Assembly (NCBI GenBank): GCA_002269645.1 | Contig: NIVC01002523.1 | Location: forward strand, 1 to 64,000 | Direction of reading: 5' to 3' | From: Macrostomum lignano | Lineage: Eukaryota | Length of the DNA stretch: 64,000 bases | Part shown: positions 11,122 to 26,100 of the stretch, piece by piece | Layout of the letters: the number at the start of each line of letters is the position of its first letter | Numbering within the stretch: position 1 is the first letter of the stretch | The notes under the pieces: generated by a model | Databases searched by the model: none | Told to the model about the DNA's origin: nothing | The model's input: the letters and a program-made list of their open reading frames with translations, nothing else | Made by a program: the position numbers and the translations under genes

Positions 11122-14100
11122 TGGCGGTGGAGGCGGCGGAGGCTGCTGCGGAGGCGGCGGCTGATGTGGCTGTTGCTGTTGCTGCTGCTGTGGAGGTGGA
11201 GGTGGCGGAGGCTGCTGCGGAGGCGGCGGCTGATGTGGCTGTTGCTGTTGCTGCTGCTGTGGCGGTGGAGGCGGCGGAGGCTGCTGAGGCGGTTGCTGGG
11301 GCGGCGGAGGCTGCTGCGCAGGTGACGGTGAAGGCTGGTGGGGCTGCTGTTGCTGCACAGGTTCAGCCTGTTCAGTATGATTTCGCTGCTGTTGCTGAGT
11401 GGGCGGCGGCGGTGGCGGAGCCGCTTTTCTAGGTCGGGCGGGCGAGCTGGCGGGCAGGAAGGCCGTGGCCGGCCGGGCGGCGGGCGGGTCTGGGTGGTAC
11501 CGCGGGCTAAAATTGGCAACGGCGTTAAAAGAAGGGCTGGGTTTAGATACAACACTAATGATGGATTTATTGTGAATGTGATGACGAAACTGAGTAATCA
11601 TCAGTATTGAAAAAATAAACGTGACGCGCGTGCTTAAGTACCCATCTCCGTAGAGTGAAAAGAGGAAGACTTAAAATGCATGTATATTCATAAATCAGCT
11701 GAATGACAACCACCACAGTTTAAGGAATTAGCCTACGCATTTGGGAGAAGAGGGGTTTGATCTGGGGCGTGTGTACATTGTGCCTCATGGAGGTTGATCT
11801 GGGGCGTGTGTACATTGTGATTTATGAGGGTTGATCTGGGGCGTGTACATTGTGATTCATGAGGGTTGATCTGGGGCGTGTGTACATTGTGATTTATGAG
11901 GGTTGATCTGGGGCGTGTACATTGATCTGGGGCGTGTACATTGTGATTCATGAGGGTTGATCTGGAGTGTGTACATTGTGATTTATGAGTGTTGATCTGG
12001 GGCGTGTACATTGTGATTCATGAGGGTTGATCTGGGGTGTGTACATTGTGATTTATGAGGGTTGATCTGGAGTGTGTGTACATTGTGATTCATGAGGGTT
12101 GATCTGGAGTGTGTGTACATTGTGATTCATGGGGGTTGATCTGGGGTGTGTACATTGTGATTCATGAGGGTTGATCTGGAGTGTGTACATTGTGATTTAT
12201 GAGGGTTGATCTGGGGTGTGTACATTGTGATTCATGAGGGTTGATCTGGAGTGTGTACATTGTGATTTATGAGGGTTGATCTGGGGTGTGTACATTGTGA
12301 TTCATGAGGGTTGATCTGGAGTGTGTACATTGATTTATGAGGGTTGATCTGGGGTGTGTACATTGTGATTCATGAGGGTTGATCTGGAGTGTGTACATTG
12401 TGATTTATGAGGGTTGATCTGGGGCGTGTGTACAATGTGATTCATGGGGGTTGATCTGGGGTGTGTACATTGTGATTTATGAGGGTTGATCTGGGGTGTG
12501 TGTACAATGTGATTCATGAGGGTTGATCTGGGGTGTGTGTACAATGTGATTCATGGGGTTGATCTGGGATGTGTACAATGTGATTCATGGGTTTGATCTG
12601 GGGTGTGTGTACAATGTGATTCATGAGGGTTGATCTGGGGTGTGTACATTGTGATTTATGAGGGTTGATCTGGGGTGTGTGTACAATGTGATTCATGAGG
12701 GTTGATCTGGGGTGTGTGTACAATGTGATTCATGAGGGTTGATCTGGGGTGTGTGTACATTGTGATTCATGGGGTTGATCTGGGATGTGTACAATGTGAT
12801 TCATGGGTTTGATCTGGGGTGTGTGTACAATGTGATTCATGAGGGTTGATCTGGGGTGTGTGTACATTGACTGATAAAAATTTACTTCAGTACAAAAACG
12901 CTTCGTATTATTTTCAAATCGAAAACTCATTAAGCTCTACACGTCTGTATGCACGAAAATTAATCCAGATCTAGCTATTTTTTAGCAAATGTCTAATGGA
13001 CTGCGAGATTTAATGCATTTTTAAGTGAATGAAAAATATACACAGATACCCTACTAAGCTACTCTACTCATGCAAATCGCCCTTAAATGTAAGCAAAAAT
13101 AGAATAATTCAAACCATTGTGACAGTACACTGAGCAGCCATTTACCAGGTAGGGAGGAAATTGTATAATAAAAAGAACAGTAAATTAGAAAAGTGAGCCA
13201 GTGAGGCATCGCATTTGAACTGATTTTGAGTACGGCTAGTTGTTTGTCTAAAAATAATTATACAATCGTACACATATTTTAGTTGCTGAAGCCGGTGAAC
13301 ATTCAATCTCATGCTGTTGTTGCTGCTGTTCGCCGGTGATGCTGCTGCAGGAAAATCAATTGAAAAACTGTCAAAACATGCTGTCCCATGCATTTTGGGG
13401 TGATAACGGTCCAACTTGGCTACTGACTGGCTTCGTCAGTAGTAGCCATAGATTAGTGCCTTTAAAATCATCTACTAAACGAATTCGTTCTTGTGTATCT
13501 AACCAGATCTTTCTCATTAATTTTTTTGTCAAAAAAGTTTGTTAAAGTAGAATTATTGAAAAAATATGGAAATTTTAATGAATTGGTTGACGCTGGTTCT
13601 TAGACAAAAAAGTTCAATGCACGCCCAAATTTTTGTTTAGGATTTCATTCGATTATTTTCGTCTACAAAAACCGAACTATTTTAAAAAAATAGCTAGTAA
13701 TTAAATGTGAAAAAATGATTCAAAATTTATCAGTAAATATTGGAATCGGCGAATTACTCTTTACGAAATAATTTGATAGGAAACTGATGCAATAGCTATC
13801 TGATATATTTATAGCATTATAGTGGACCCAGTTATTGAACTAGCAACCATATTGTGTGACAAAAGAATGCAGGTAAGGCAATCAAAGAAATTCTGTTTGG
13901 CCGAACCGGTTAATTTTCAGACTGCCTTTGGACTTGAGCTTGCCGACCAAATGGCTGATGCTATTCTTCCTGTCGGGATTGTAAATGCAAAGCAACGCGC
14001 ATTTGCGCTGATTAGGAAGCCATTGACTGTCCGGTGCTGATAGTCAATCAAAATCTAGTGGGAAACTGTCAACAATCTGACTTGTAGTAAACTCCAGTCA

Positions 14101-17100
14101 CCAATCTACTGACTTGTGAACTCCAGTCACCAATCTACTGACTTTTGAACTCCAGTCACCATCCAATCTACTGACTTGTGAACTCCAGTCACCAATCTAC
14201 TGACTTGTGAACTCCAGTCACCATCCAATCTACTGACTTGTGAACTCCAGTCACCAATCTACTGACTTTTGAACTCCAGTCACCAATCTACTGACTTGTG
14301 AACTCCAGTCACCAATCTACTGACTTTTGAACTCCAGTCACCAATCTACTGACTTGTGAACTCCAGTCACCAATCTACTGACTTGTGAACTCCAGTCACC
14401 AATCTACTGACTTGTGAACTCCAGTCACCATCCAATCTACTGACTTGTGAACTCCAGTCACCAATCTACTGACTTGTGAACTCCAGTCACCATCCAATCT
14501 ACTGACTTGTGAACTCCAGTCACCAATCTACTGACTTTTGAACTTCAGTCACCAATCTACTGACTTGTGAACTCCAGTCACCAATCTACTGACTTGTGAA
14601 CTTCAGTCACCAATCTACTGACTTGTGAACTCCAGTCACCAATCTACTGACTTGTGAACTCCAGTCACCAATCTACTGACTTGTGAACTCCAGTCACCAT
14701 CCAATCTACTGACTTGTGAACTCCAGTCACCAATCTACTGACTTTTGAACTCCAGTCACCATCCAATCTACTGACTTGTGAACTCCAGTCACCAATCTAC
14801 TGACTTGTGAACTCCAGTCACCATCCAATCTACTGACTTGTGAACTCCAGTCACCAATCTACTGACTTTTGAACTCCAGTCACCAATCTACTGACTTGTG
14901 AACTCCAGTCACCAATCTACTGACTTGTGAACTTCAGTCACCAATCTACTGACTTGTGAACTCCAGTCACCATCCAATCTACTGACTTGTGAACTCCAGT
15001 CACCAATCTACTGACTTGTGAACTTCAGTCACCAATCTACTGACTTGTGAACTCCAGTCACCATCCAATCTACTGACTTGTGAACTTCAGTCACCAATCT
15101 ACTGACTTGTGAACTCCAGTCACCATCCAATCTACTGACTTGTGAACTCCAGTCACCAATCTACTGACTTGTGAACTCCAGTCACCATCCAATCTACTGA
15201 CTTGTGAACTCCAGTCACCAATCTACTGACTTTTGAACTCCAGTCACCATCCAATCTACTGACTTGTGAACTCCAGTCACCAATCTACTGACTTGTGAAC
15301 TCCAGTCACCATCCAATCTACTGACTTGTGAACTCCAGTCACCAATCTACTGACTTTTGAACTCCAGTCACCAATCTACTGACTTGTGAACTCCAGTCAC
15401 CAATCTACTGACTTGTGAACTTCAGTCACCAATCTACTGACTTGTGAACTCCAGTCACCATCCAATCTACTGACTTGTGAACTCCAGTCACCAATCTACT
15501 GACTTTTGAACTCCAGTCACCAATCTACTGACTTGTGAACTCCAGTCACCAATCTACTGACTTGTGAACTTCAGTCACCAATCTACTGACTTGTGAACTC
15601 CAGTCACCAATCTACTGACTTGTGAACTTCAGTCACCAATCTACTGACTTTTGAACTCCAGTCACCAATCTACTGACTTGTGAACTCCAGTCACCAATCT
15701 ACTGACTTTGAACTTCAGTCACCAATCTACTGACTTGTGAACTCCAGTCACCATCCAATCTACTGACTTGTGAACTCCAGTCACCAATCTACTGACTTTT
15801 GAACTCCAGTCACCAATCTACTGACTTGTGAACTCCAGTCACCAATCTACTGACTTGTGAACTTCAGTCACCAATCTACTGACTTGTGAACTTCAGTCAC
15901 CAATCTACTGACTTGTGAACTCCAGTCACCAATCTACTGACTTTTGAACTCCAGTCACCAATCTACTGACTTGTGAACTCCAGTCACCATCCAATCTACT
16001 GACTTGTGAACTCCAGTCACCAATCTACTGACTTGTGAACTCCAGTCACCATCCAATCTACTGACTTGTGAACTTCAGTCACCAATCTACTGACTTTTGA
16101 ACTCCAGTCACCAATCTACTGACTTGTGAACTCCAGTCACCAATCTACTGACTTGTGAACTTCAGTCACCAATCTACTGACTTTTGAACTCCAGTCACCA
16201 ATCTACTGACTTGTGAACTCCAGTCACCAATCTACTGACTTTTGAACTCCAGTCACCATCCAATCTACTGACTTGTGAACTCCAGTCACTAATCTACTGA
16301 CTTTTGAACTTCAGTCACCAATCTACTGACTTGTGAACTCCAGTCACCATTCAATCTACTGACTTGTGAACTTCAGTCACCAATCTACTGACTTTTGAAC
16401 TCCAGTCACCAATCTACTGACTTGTGAACTCCAGTCACCAATCTACTGACTTGTGAACTCCAGTCACCAATCTACTGACTTTGAACTCCAGTCACCATCC
16501 AATCTACTGACTTGTGAACTCCAGTCACCATCCAATCTACTGACTTGTGAACTCCAGTCACCAATCTACTGACTTGTGAACTCCAGTCACCAATCTACTG
16601 ACTTGTGAACTCCAGTCACCAATCTACTGACTTGTGAACTTCAGTCACCAATCTACTGACTTGTGAACTCAGTCACCAATCTACTGACTTGTGAACTCCA
16701 GTCACCAATCTACTGACTTGTGAACTCCAGTCACCAATCTACTGACTTGTGAACTCCAGTCACCAATCTACTGACTTGTGAACTCCAGTCACCAATCTAC
16801 TGACTTGTGAACTCCAGTCACCATCCAATCTACTGACTTGTGAACTCCAGTCACCAATCTACTGACTTGTGAACTCCAGTCACCATCCAATCTACTGACT
16901 TGTGAACTCCAGTCACCATCCAATCTACTGACTTGTGAACTCCAGTCACCAATCTACTGACTTGTGAACTCCAGTCACCAATCTACTGACTTGTGAACTC
17001 CAGTCACCAATCTACTGACTTGTGAACTCCAGTCACCAATCTACTGACTTGTGAACTCCAGTCACCAATCTACTGACTTGTGAACTCCAGTCACCAATCT

Positions 17101-20100
17101 ACTGACTTGTGAACTCCAGTCACCAATCTACTGACTTGTGAACTCCAGTCACCAATCTACTGACTTGTGAACTCCAGTCACCAATCTACTGACTTGTGAA
17201 CTCCAGTCACCAATCTACTGACTTGTGAACTCCAGTCACCAATCTACTGACTTGTGAACTCCAGTCACCAATCTACTGACTTGTGAACTCCAGTCACCAA
17301 TCTACTGACTTGTGAACTCCAGTCACCAATCTACTGACTTGTGAACTCCAGTCACCAAATCTACTGACTTGTGAACTCCAGTCACCAATCTACTGACTTG
17401 TGAACTCCAGTCACCAAATCTACTGACTTGTGAACTCCAGTCACCAATCTACTGACTTGTGAACTCCAGTCACCAATCTACTGACTTGTGAACTCCAGTC
17501 ACCAATCTACTGACTTGTGAACTCAGTCACCAATCTACTGACTTGTGAACTCCAGTCACCAAATCTACTGACTTGTGAACTCCAGTCACCAATCTACTGA
17601 CTTGTGAACTCCAGTCACCAATCTACTGACTTGTGAACTCCAGTCACCAATCTACTGACTTGTGAACTCAGTCACCAATCTACTGACTTGTGAACTCCAG
17701 TCACCAATCTACTGACTTGTGAACTCCAGTCACCAATCTACTGACTTGTGAACTCCAGTCACCATCCAATCTACTGACTTGTGAACTCCAGTCACCAATC
17801 TACTGACTTGTGAACTCCAGTCACCATCCAATCTACTGACTTGTGAACTCCAGTCACCAATCTACTGACTTGTGAACTCCAGTCACCATCCAATCTACTG
17901 ACTTGTGAACTCCAGTCACCAATCTACTGACTTGTGAACTCCAGTCACCAATCTACTGACTTGTGAACTCCAGTCACCAATCTACTGACTTGTGAACTCA
18001 GTCACCAATCTACTGACTTGTGAACTCCAGTCACCAATCTACTGACTTGTGAACTCCAGTCACCAATCTACTGACTTGTGAACTCCAGTCACCAATCTAC
18101 TGACTTGTGAACTCCAGTCACCAATCTACTGACTTGTGAACTCCAGTCACCAATCTACTGACTTGTGAACTCCAGTCACCAATCTACTGACTTGTGAACT
18201 TCCAGTCACCAATCTACTGACTTGTGAACTCCAGTCACCAATCTACTGACTTGTGAACTCCAGTCACCAATCTACTGACTTTGAACTCCAGTCACCAATC
18301 TACTGACTTGTGAACTCCAGTCACCAATCTACTGACTTGTGAACTCCAGTCACCAATCTACTGACTTGTGAACTCCAGTCACCAATCTACTGACTTGTGA
18401 ACTCCAGTCACCAATCTACTGACTTGTGAACTCCAGTCACCAATCTACTGACTTTGAACTCCAGTCACCAATCTACTGACTTGTGAACTCCAGTCACCAA
18501 TCTACTGACTTTTGAACTCCAGTCACCAATCTACTGACTTGTGAACTCCAGTCACCAATCTACTGACTTGTGAACTCCAGTCACCAATCTACTGACTTGT
18601 GAACTCCAGTCACCAAATCTACTGACTTGTGAACTCAGTCACCAATCTACTGACTTGTGAACTTCAGTCACCAATCTACTGACTTGTGAACTCCAGTCAC
18701 CAATCTACTGACTTGTGAACTTCAGTCACCAATCTACTGACTTGTGAACTCCAGTCACCAATCTACTGACTTGTGAACTTCAGTCACCAATCTACTGACT
18801 TTTGAACTCCAGTCACCAATCTACTGACTTGTGAACTCCAGTCACCAATCTACTGACTTTTGAACTTCAGTCACCAATCTACTGACTTGTGAACTCCAGT
18901 CACCAAATCTACTGACTTGTGAACTTCAGTCACCAATCTACTGACTTTGAACTCCAGTCACCAATCTACTGACTTGTGAACTCCAGTCACCAATCTACTG
19001 ACTTGTGAACTCAGTCACCAATCTACTGACTTGTGAACTCCAGTCACCAATCTACTGACTTGTGAACTTCAGTCACCAATCTACTGACTTTTGAACTCCA
19101 GTCACCAATCTACTGACTTGTGAACTCCAGTCACCAATCTACTGACTTTTGAACTCCAGTCACCAATCTACTGACTTGTGAACTCCAGTCACCAATCTAC
19201 TGACTTGTGAACTCAGTCACCAATCTACTGACTTGTGAACTCCAGTCACCAATCTACTGACTTGTGAACTCCAGTCACCATCCAATCTACTGACTTGTGA
19301 ACTCCAGTCACCAATCTACTGACTTGTGAACTCCAGTCACCATCCAATCTACTGACTTGTGAACTCCAGTCACCAATCTACTGACTTGTGAACTCCAGTC
19401 ACCATCCAATCTACTGACTTGTGAACTCCAGTCACCAATCTACTGACTTTGAACTCCAGTCACCAATCTACTGACTTGTGAACTCCAGTCACCAATCTAC
19501 TGACTTGTGAACTTCAGTCACCAATCTACTGACTTGTGAACTCCAGTCACCAAATCTACTGACTTGTGAACTCCAGTCACCAATCTACTGACTTGTGAAC
19601 TCCAGTCACCAATCTACTGACTTGTGAACTCCAGTCACCATCCAATCTACTGACTTGTGAACTTCAGTCACCAATCTACTGACTTGTGAACTCCAGTCAC
19701 CATCCAATCTACTGACTTGTGAACTCCAGTCACCAATCTACTGACTTGTGAACTCCAGTCACCATCCAATCTACTGACTTGTGAACTCCAGTCACCAATC
19801 TACTGACTTGTGAACTCCAGTCACCAAATCTACTGACTTGTGAACTCCAGTCACCAATCTACTGACTTGTGAACTCCAGTCACCATCCAATCTACTGACT
19901 TGTGAACTCCAGTCACCAATCTACTGACTTTGAACTCCAGTCACCAATCTACTGACTTGTGAACTCCAGTCACCAATCTACTGACTTGTGAACTTCAGTC
20001 ACCAATCTACTGACTTGTGAACTCCAGTCACCAAATCTACTGACTTGTGAACTCCAGTCACCAATCTACTGACTTTTGAACTCCAGTCACCAATCTACTG

Positions 20101-23100
20101 ACTTGTGAACTCCAGTCACCAATCTACTGACTTGTGAACTTCAGTCACCAATCTACTGACTTGTGAACTCCAGTCACCAATCTACTGACTTGTGAACTCA
20201 GTCACCAATCTACTGACTTTTGAACTCCAGTCACCAATCTACTGACTTGTGAACTCCAGTCACCAATCTACTGACTTGTGAACTTCAGTCACCAATCTAC
20301 TGACTTGTGAACTCCAGTCACCAATCTACTGACTTGTGAACTCCAGTCACCAATCTACTGACTTTGAACTCCAGTCACCAATCTACTGACTTGTGAACTC
20401 CAGTCACCAATCTACTGACTTGTGAACTTCAGTCACCAATCTACTGACTTTGAACTCCAGTCACCAATCTACTGACTTGTGAACTCCAGTCACCAATCTA
20501 CTGACTTTGAACTCCAGTCACCAATCTACTGACTTGTGAACTCCAGTCACCAATCTACTGACTTGTGAACTCCAGTCACCAATCTACTGACTTGTGAACT
20601 CCAGTCACCATCCAATCTACTGACTTGTGAACTCAGTCACCAATCTACTGACTTTGAACTCCAGTCACCAATCTACTGACTTGTGAACTCCAGTCACCAA
20701 TCTACTGACTTGTGAACTTCAGTCACCAATCTACTGACTTTTGAACTCCAGTCACCAATCTACTGACTTGTGAACTTCAGTCACCAATCTACTGACTTTT
20801 GAACTCCAGTCACCAATCTACTGACTTGTGAACTCCAGTCACCAATCTACTGACTTTTGAACTTCAGTCACCAATCTACTGACTTGTGAACTCCAGTCAC
20901 CAAATCTACTGACTTGTGAACTTCAGTCACCAATCTACTGACTTTTGAACTCCAGTCACCAATCTACTGACTTGTGAACTCCAGTCACCAATCTACTGAC
21001 TTGTGAACTTCAGTCACCAATCTACTGACTTTGAACTCCAGTCACCAATCTACTGACTTGTGAACTTCAGTCACCAATCTACTGACTTTGAACTCCAGTC
21101 ACCAATCTACTGACTTGTGAACTCCAGTCACCAATCTACTGACTTTTGAACTCCAGTCACCAATCTACTGACTTGTGAACTCCAGTCACCAATCTACTGA
21201 CTTGTGAACTCCAGTCACCAATCTACTGACTTGTGAACTCCAGTCACCAATCTACTGACTTGTGAACTCCAGTCACCAAATCTACTGACTTGTGAACTCC
21301 AGTCACCAATCTACTGACTTGTGAACTCAGTCACCAATCTACTGACTTGTGAACTCCAGTCACCATCCAATCTACTGACTTGTGAACTTCCAGTCACCAA
21401 TCTACTGACTTGTGAACTCCAGTCACCATCCAATCTACTGACTTGTGAACTCCAGTCACCAATCTACTGACTTGTGAACTCCAGTCACCATCCAATCTAC
21501 TGACTTGTGAACTCCAGTCACCAATCTACTGACTTTGAACTCCAGTCACCATCCAATCTACTGACTTGTGAACTCCAGTCACCAATCTACTGACTTGTGA
21601 ACTCCAGTCACCATCCAATCTACTGACTTGTGAACTCCAGTCACCAATCTACTGACTTGTGAACTCCAGTCACCATCCAATCTACTGACTTGTGAACTCA
21701 GTCACCAATCTACTGACTTTGAACTCCAGTCACCAATCTACTGACTTGTGAACTCCAGTCACCAATCTACTGACTTGTGAACTTCAGTCACCAATCTACT
21801 GACTTTTGAACTCCAGTCACCAATCTACTGACTTGTGAACTTCAGTCACCAATCTACTGACTTTTGAACTCCAGTCACCAATCTACTGACTTGTGAACTC
21901 CAGTCACCAATCTACTGACTTTGAACTTCAGTCACCAATCTACTGACTTGTGAACTCCAGTCACCAAATCTACTGACTTGTGAACTTCAGTCACCAATCT
22001 ACTGACTTTGAACTCCAGTCACCAATCTACTGACTTGTGAACTTCAGTCACCAATCTACTGACTTGTGAACTTCAGTCACCAATCTACTGACTTTGAACT
22101 CCAGTCACCAATCTACTGACTTGTGAACTTCAGTCACCAATCTACTGACTTTTGAACTCCAGTCACCAATCTACTGACTTGTGAACTCCAGTCACCAATC
22201 TACTGACTTTTGAACTCCAGTCACCAATCTACTGACTTGTGAACTCCAGTCACCAATCTACTGACTTGTGAACTCCAGTCACCAATCTACTGACTTGTGA
22301 ACTCCAGTCACCAATCTACTGACTTGTGAACTCCAGTCACCAATCTACTGACTTGTGAACTCCAGTCACCAATCTACTGACTTGTGAACTCCAGTCACCA
22401 ATCTACTGACTTGTGAACTTCAGTCACCAATCTACTGACTTGTGAACTCCAGTCACCAATCTACTGACTTGTGAACTTCAGTCACCAATCTACTGACTTT
22501 GAACTCCAGTCACCAATCTACTGACTTGTGAACTCCAGTCACCATCCAATCTACTGACTTGTGAACTCCAGTCACCAATCTACTGACTTGTGAACTCCAG
22601 TCACCAATCTACTGACTTTTGAACTCCAGTCACCAATCTACTGACTTTTGAACTCCAGTCACCAATCTACTGACTTGTGAACTTCAGTCACCAATCTACT
22701 GACTTTTGAACTCCAGTCACCAATCTACTGACTTCTATCAGACTGTCACACACATGTGGATATCTCAGTTGAGTAGGTAATTGCCTAGCCATCCATTGCT
22801 AACCTCGAAAATATTTGCTTATTTCGCGCAGGAAATCTAAATAAAGCCATTTAAAAAAAACAGAAAAAGGGAAAAATAGTTGCACAAATCCTTTTCTTCT
22901 ATTCTAGGCAGACGATGACGCCTTTCTTAAACTATTTATAAAGTCATCTCTCCCTGGCTAAAAACCAATATTTAATCATTTCGACCACTGAGAACTAATC
23001 GAGCAGAGATTAGCTGGGCACAGCTGGTTAAAAGCAAAAGAAAATTGCGCAATTATTTTTTAACTCTCTGTTTAACCGATGCAGCTCCAGCAGAGAAAAA

Positions 23101-26100
23101 AGATGGGAAAAACGCCTTTGTGTCCCCAGGTGTTTTTGGTTTTTGCTCTGCCAATTATTGACAGCAAAATATTTTCGGATCTTAAGCTGAGACGAAAGTG
23201 CAGAATGAAAATCGGTAGCATGAAAAGATAACACTGTAGCTCGCAGTGCAGCCAGATCCTGCAGTTCCTTGGCTTTTGAGAGCGGCAGAGAGATGCAGCT
23301 TTTTCCTAAAGGGCGGGGGAGTGGACAGGGCGGGCGGGAGAGCGGACAGGGCGGGCGGGAGAGCGGACAGGGCGGGCGGGAGAGCGGACAGGGCGGGCGG
23401 GAGAGCGGACAGGGCGGGAGAGTGGACAGGGAGGGCGGGAGAGCGGACAGGGAGGGCGGGAGAGCGGACAGGGCGGGAGAGCGGACAGGGCGGGAGAGCG
23501 GACAGGGCGGGAGAGTGGACAGGGAGGGCGGGAGAGCGGACAGGGCGGGAGAGTGGACAGGGAGGGCGGGAGAGCGGACAGGGCGGGAGAGCGGACAGGG
23601 CGGGAGAGCGGACAGGGAGGGAAAGCGGGCATCGAGGGTAAGAGAGCGGGCAGAGAGGACGGGATAGCCGGCACTGGGCACTGAGCACTGGGTAGGAGAA
23701 CAAGTGGAGAGGCTGGGAAAGGAAGCGAGACCAGAAAATGGAAGACAGATAAAAGGTAGCAAACTGATAACGGATAACAGGTGATGAAGCAAGCCAGGGA
23801 CAGTGATTCCCTAGTGGCCGATAAAATACGAGCTAGACACGAGTCTGTAGACTCACTCTCTCCTGGTCACGGGCCCGTCCGTAGAGTCAGCCAGCAGCAT
23901 TGTCTGACGCTGTTTAGCAGCAGTTGCGGCCGCGCCTCCAGCAAGATTATCGGAGCCCGACGATTGGCGTTGTAGCGGCAGCTTCGGTTTTGGTGGCAGC
24001 GTCAGATGTTGCTGCTGCTGCTGCTGCTGCTGCTGTGTGGACAAATTCTGCGGCAAACTCATGTAGGCCGTGTCTGAGAATGTATTTAATAGAAGTGAAT
24101 ACGCGAATTTAATTGTTGCTTTAAATTGTTCTGCAGCTGTTATTAATACTAATATTATTCATAACAATAACTCAAAATACAACAACGGTGAAGAAACTTG
24201 ACATGATATACAATAAAACAATTTGCTTTAACAATAAGGTAACAAAAATAGAGTGAAATAGCAATACACCAATATGCAAACAAGACTGATATGTGTAGAT
24301 TCTCTGAAAACTGCTGTCTACACTTAGTCATTCAGTACTCATAGCTGCTGCCATCTCTACTTCAGGTGCCGCTGCCACTAATACGTCAGGTGCCGCTGCC
24401 ACTAATACTTCAGGTGCCGCTGCCACTAATACTTCAGGTGCCGCTGCCACTAATACGTCAGGTGCCGCTGCCACTAATACTTCAGGTGCCGCTGCCACTA
24501 ATACTTCAGGCCCCACTGTCACTAATACTTCAGGCCCCGCTGCCACTATTACTTCAGGCCCCGCTGCCACTAATACTTCAGGCCCCGCTGCCACTAATAC
24601 TTCAGGCCCCGCTGCCACTAATACTTCAGGCCCCAATGCCACTAATACTTCAGGCCCCGCTGCCACTAATACTCGTACTTCAGGCCCCGCTGCCACTAAT
24701 ACTTCAGGCCCCAATGCCACTAATACTTCAGGTGCCGCTGCCACTAATACGTCAGGCCCCGCTGCCACTAATACTTCAGGCCCCGCTGCCACTAATACTT
24801 CAGGCCCCACTGTCACTAATACTTCAGGCCCCAATGCCACTAATACTTCAGGTGCCGCTGCCACTAATACTTCAGGCCCCAATGCCACTAATACTTCAGG
24901 TGCCGCTGCCACTAATACTTCAGGCCCCGCTGTCACTAATACTTCAGGTGCCGCTGCCACTAATACGTCAGGCCCCGTTGCCACTAATACTTCAGGCCCC
25001 ACTGCCACTAATACTTCAGGTGCCGCTGCCACTAATACTTCAGGTGCCGCTGCCACTAATACTTCAGGCCCCACTGCCACTAATACTTCAGGCCCCACTG
25101 CCACTAATACTTCAGGTGCCGCTGCCACTAATACTTCAGGTGCCGCTGTCACTAATACTTCAGGCCCCGCTGTCACTAATACTTCAGGCGCCGCTGCCAC
25201 TAATACTTCAGGTGCCGCTGCCACTAATACGTCAGGCCCTGCTGCCACTAATACTTTAGGCTCCGCTGCCACAAAAACTTCAGGTGCCGCTGCCACTAAT
25301 ACTTCAGGTGCCGCTGTCACTAATACTTCAGGCCCCGCTGTCACTAATACTTCAGGCGCCGCTGCCACTAATACTTCAGGTGCCGCTGCCACTAATACGT
25401 CAGGCCCTGCTGCCACTAATACTTTAGGCTCCGCTGCCACAAAAACTTCAGGCCCCGCTGCTAACCTCTACTTCAGGTTATGCTATGATTGTACTCAAGT
25501 GAGAAGCCAGGTGAACAAATAGAATGATCTAACTAACAGGTAAAAGCAAAGCGATTTTAAGGGATTTCAAATGCACTAAATCAGCACCATCGAAGTAGGC
25601 CGGATTATCCAGATTATCAACGGAAGAAGCGGACAACACAATTAAATCAGCAGTTGGAGGCTCGGCGGGCGAAGAGAGCAGAGCTTAAATTCAATATTTA
25701 AATATATCTCGTGATTTATTTGTTTAGTGACGTAGCCTAGTAAAGTGCTATTTTTAGTAACTCCTATGATATAATCTTTAACTAGGCCCTGGAATTGACG
25801 CCTGATAGCTGATATACCCGGGAGTACTAAAAGCAGAACAACAATTAGCAGCATATCACAGCCTAATATTACATAATACTGTAACAAAATAGTGCACTGG
25901 TACCGCGGGAAAAAGTAATAAGTGGTGCACGGACAAAGGAAGAGTTCGATAAAATAAAAAAGAAACTGAAAAGAAGCTGAAATAGTGTGTTTTTTTAATA
26001 AGTAAAAATACCTACTTTTGTTTAAGGGGCCCTCATTGAAAACTGAGGTGTTCAAGGGGTCTTATTGGAAACTGAGGTGTTTAAGGGGTCTCATTGGAAA

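Noticed and set aside
14085-22735. CRISPR-like appearance of the 29-bp arrays (also 26035-27290 and 42333-42760, which contain palindromes)
   Set aside because: Units are contiguous with no unique spacers, there are no cas genes, and the context is eukaryotic.
23028-23792. PPCPLSR/ALSALP ORFs on both strands
   Set aside because: A G-rich minisatellite; not needed in the RhoGAP exon chain.
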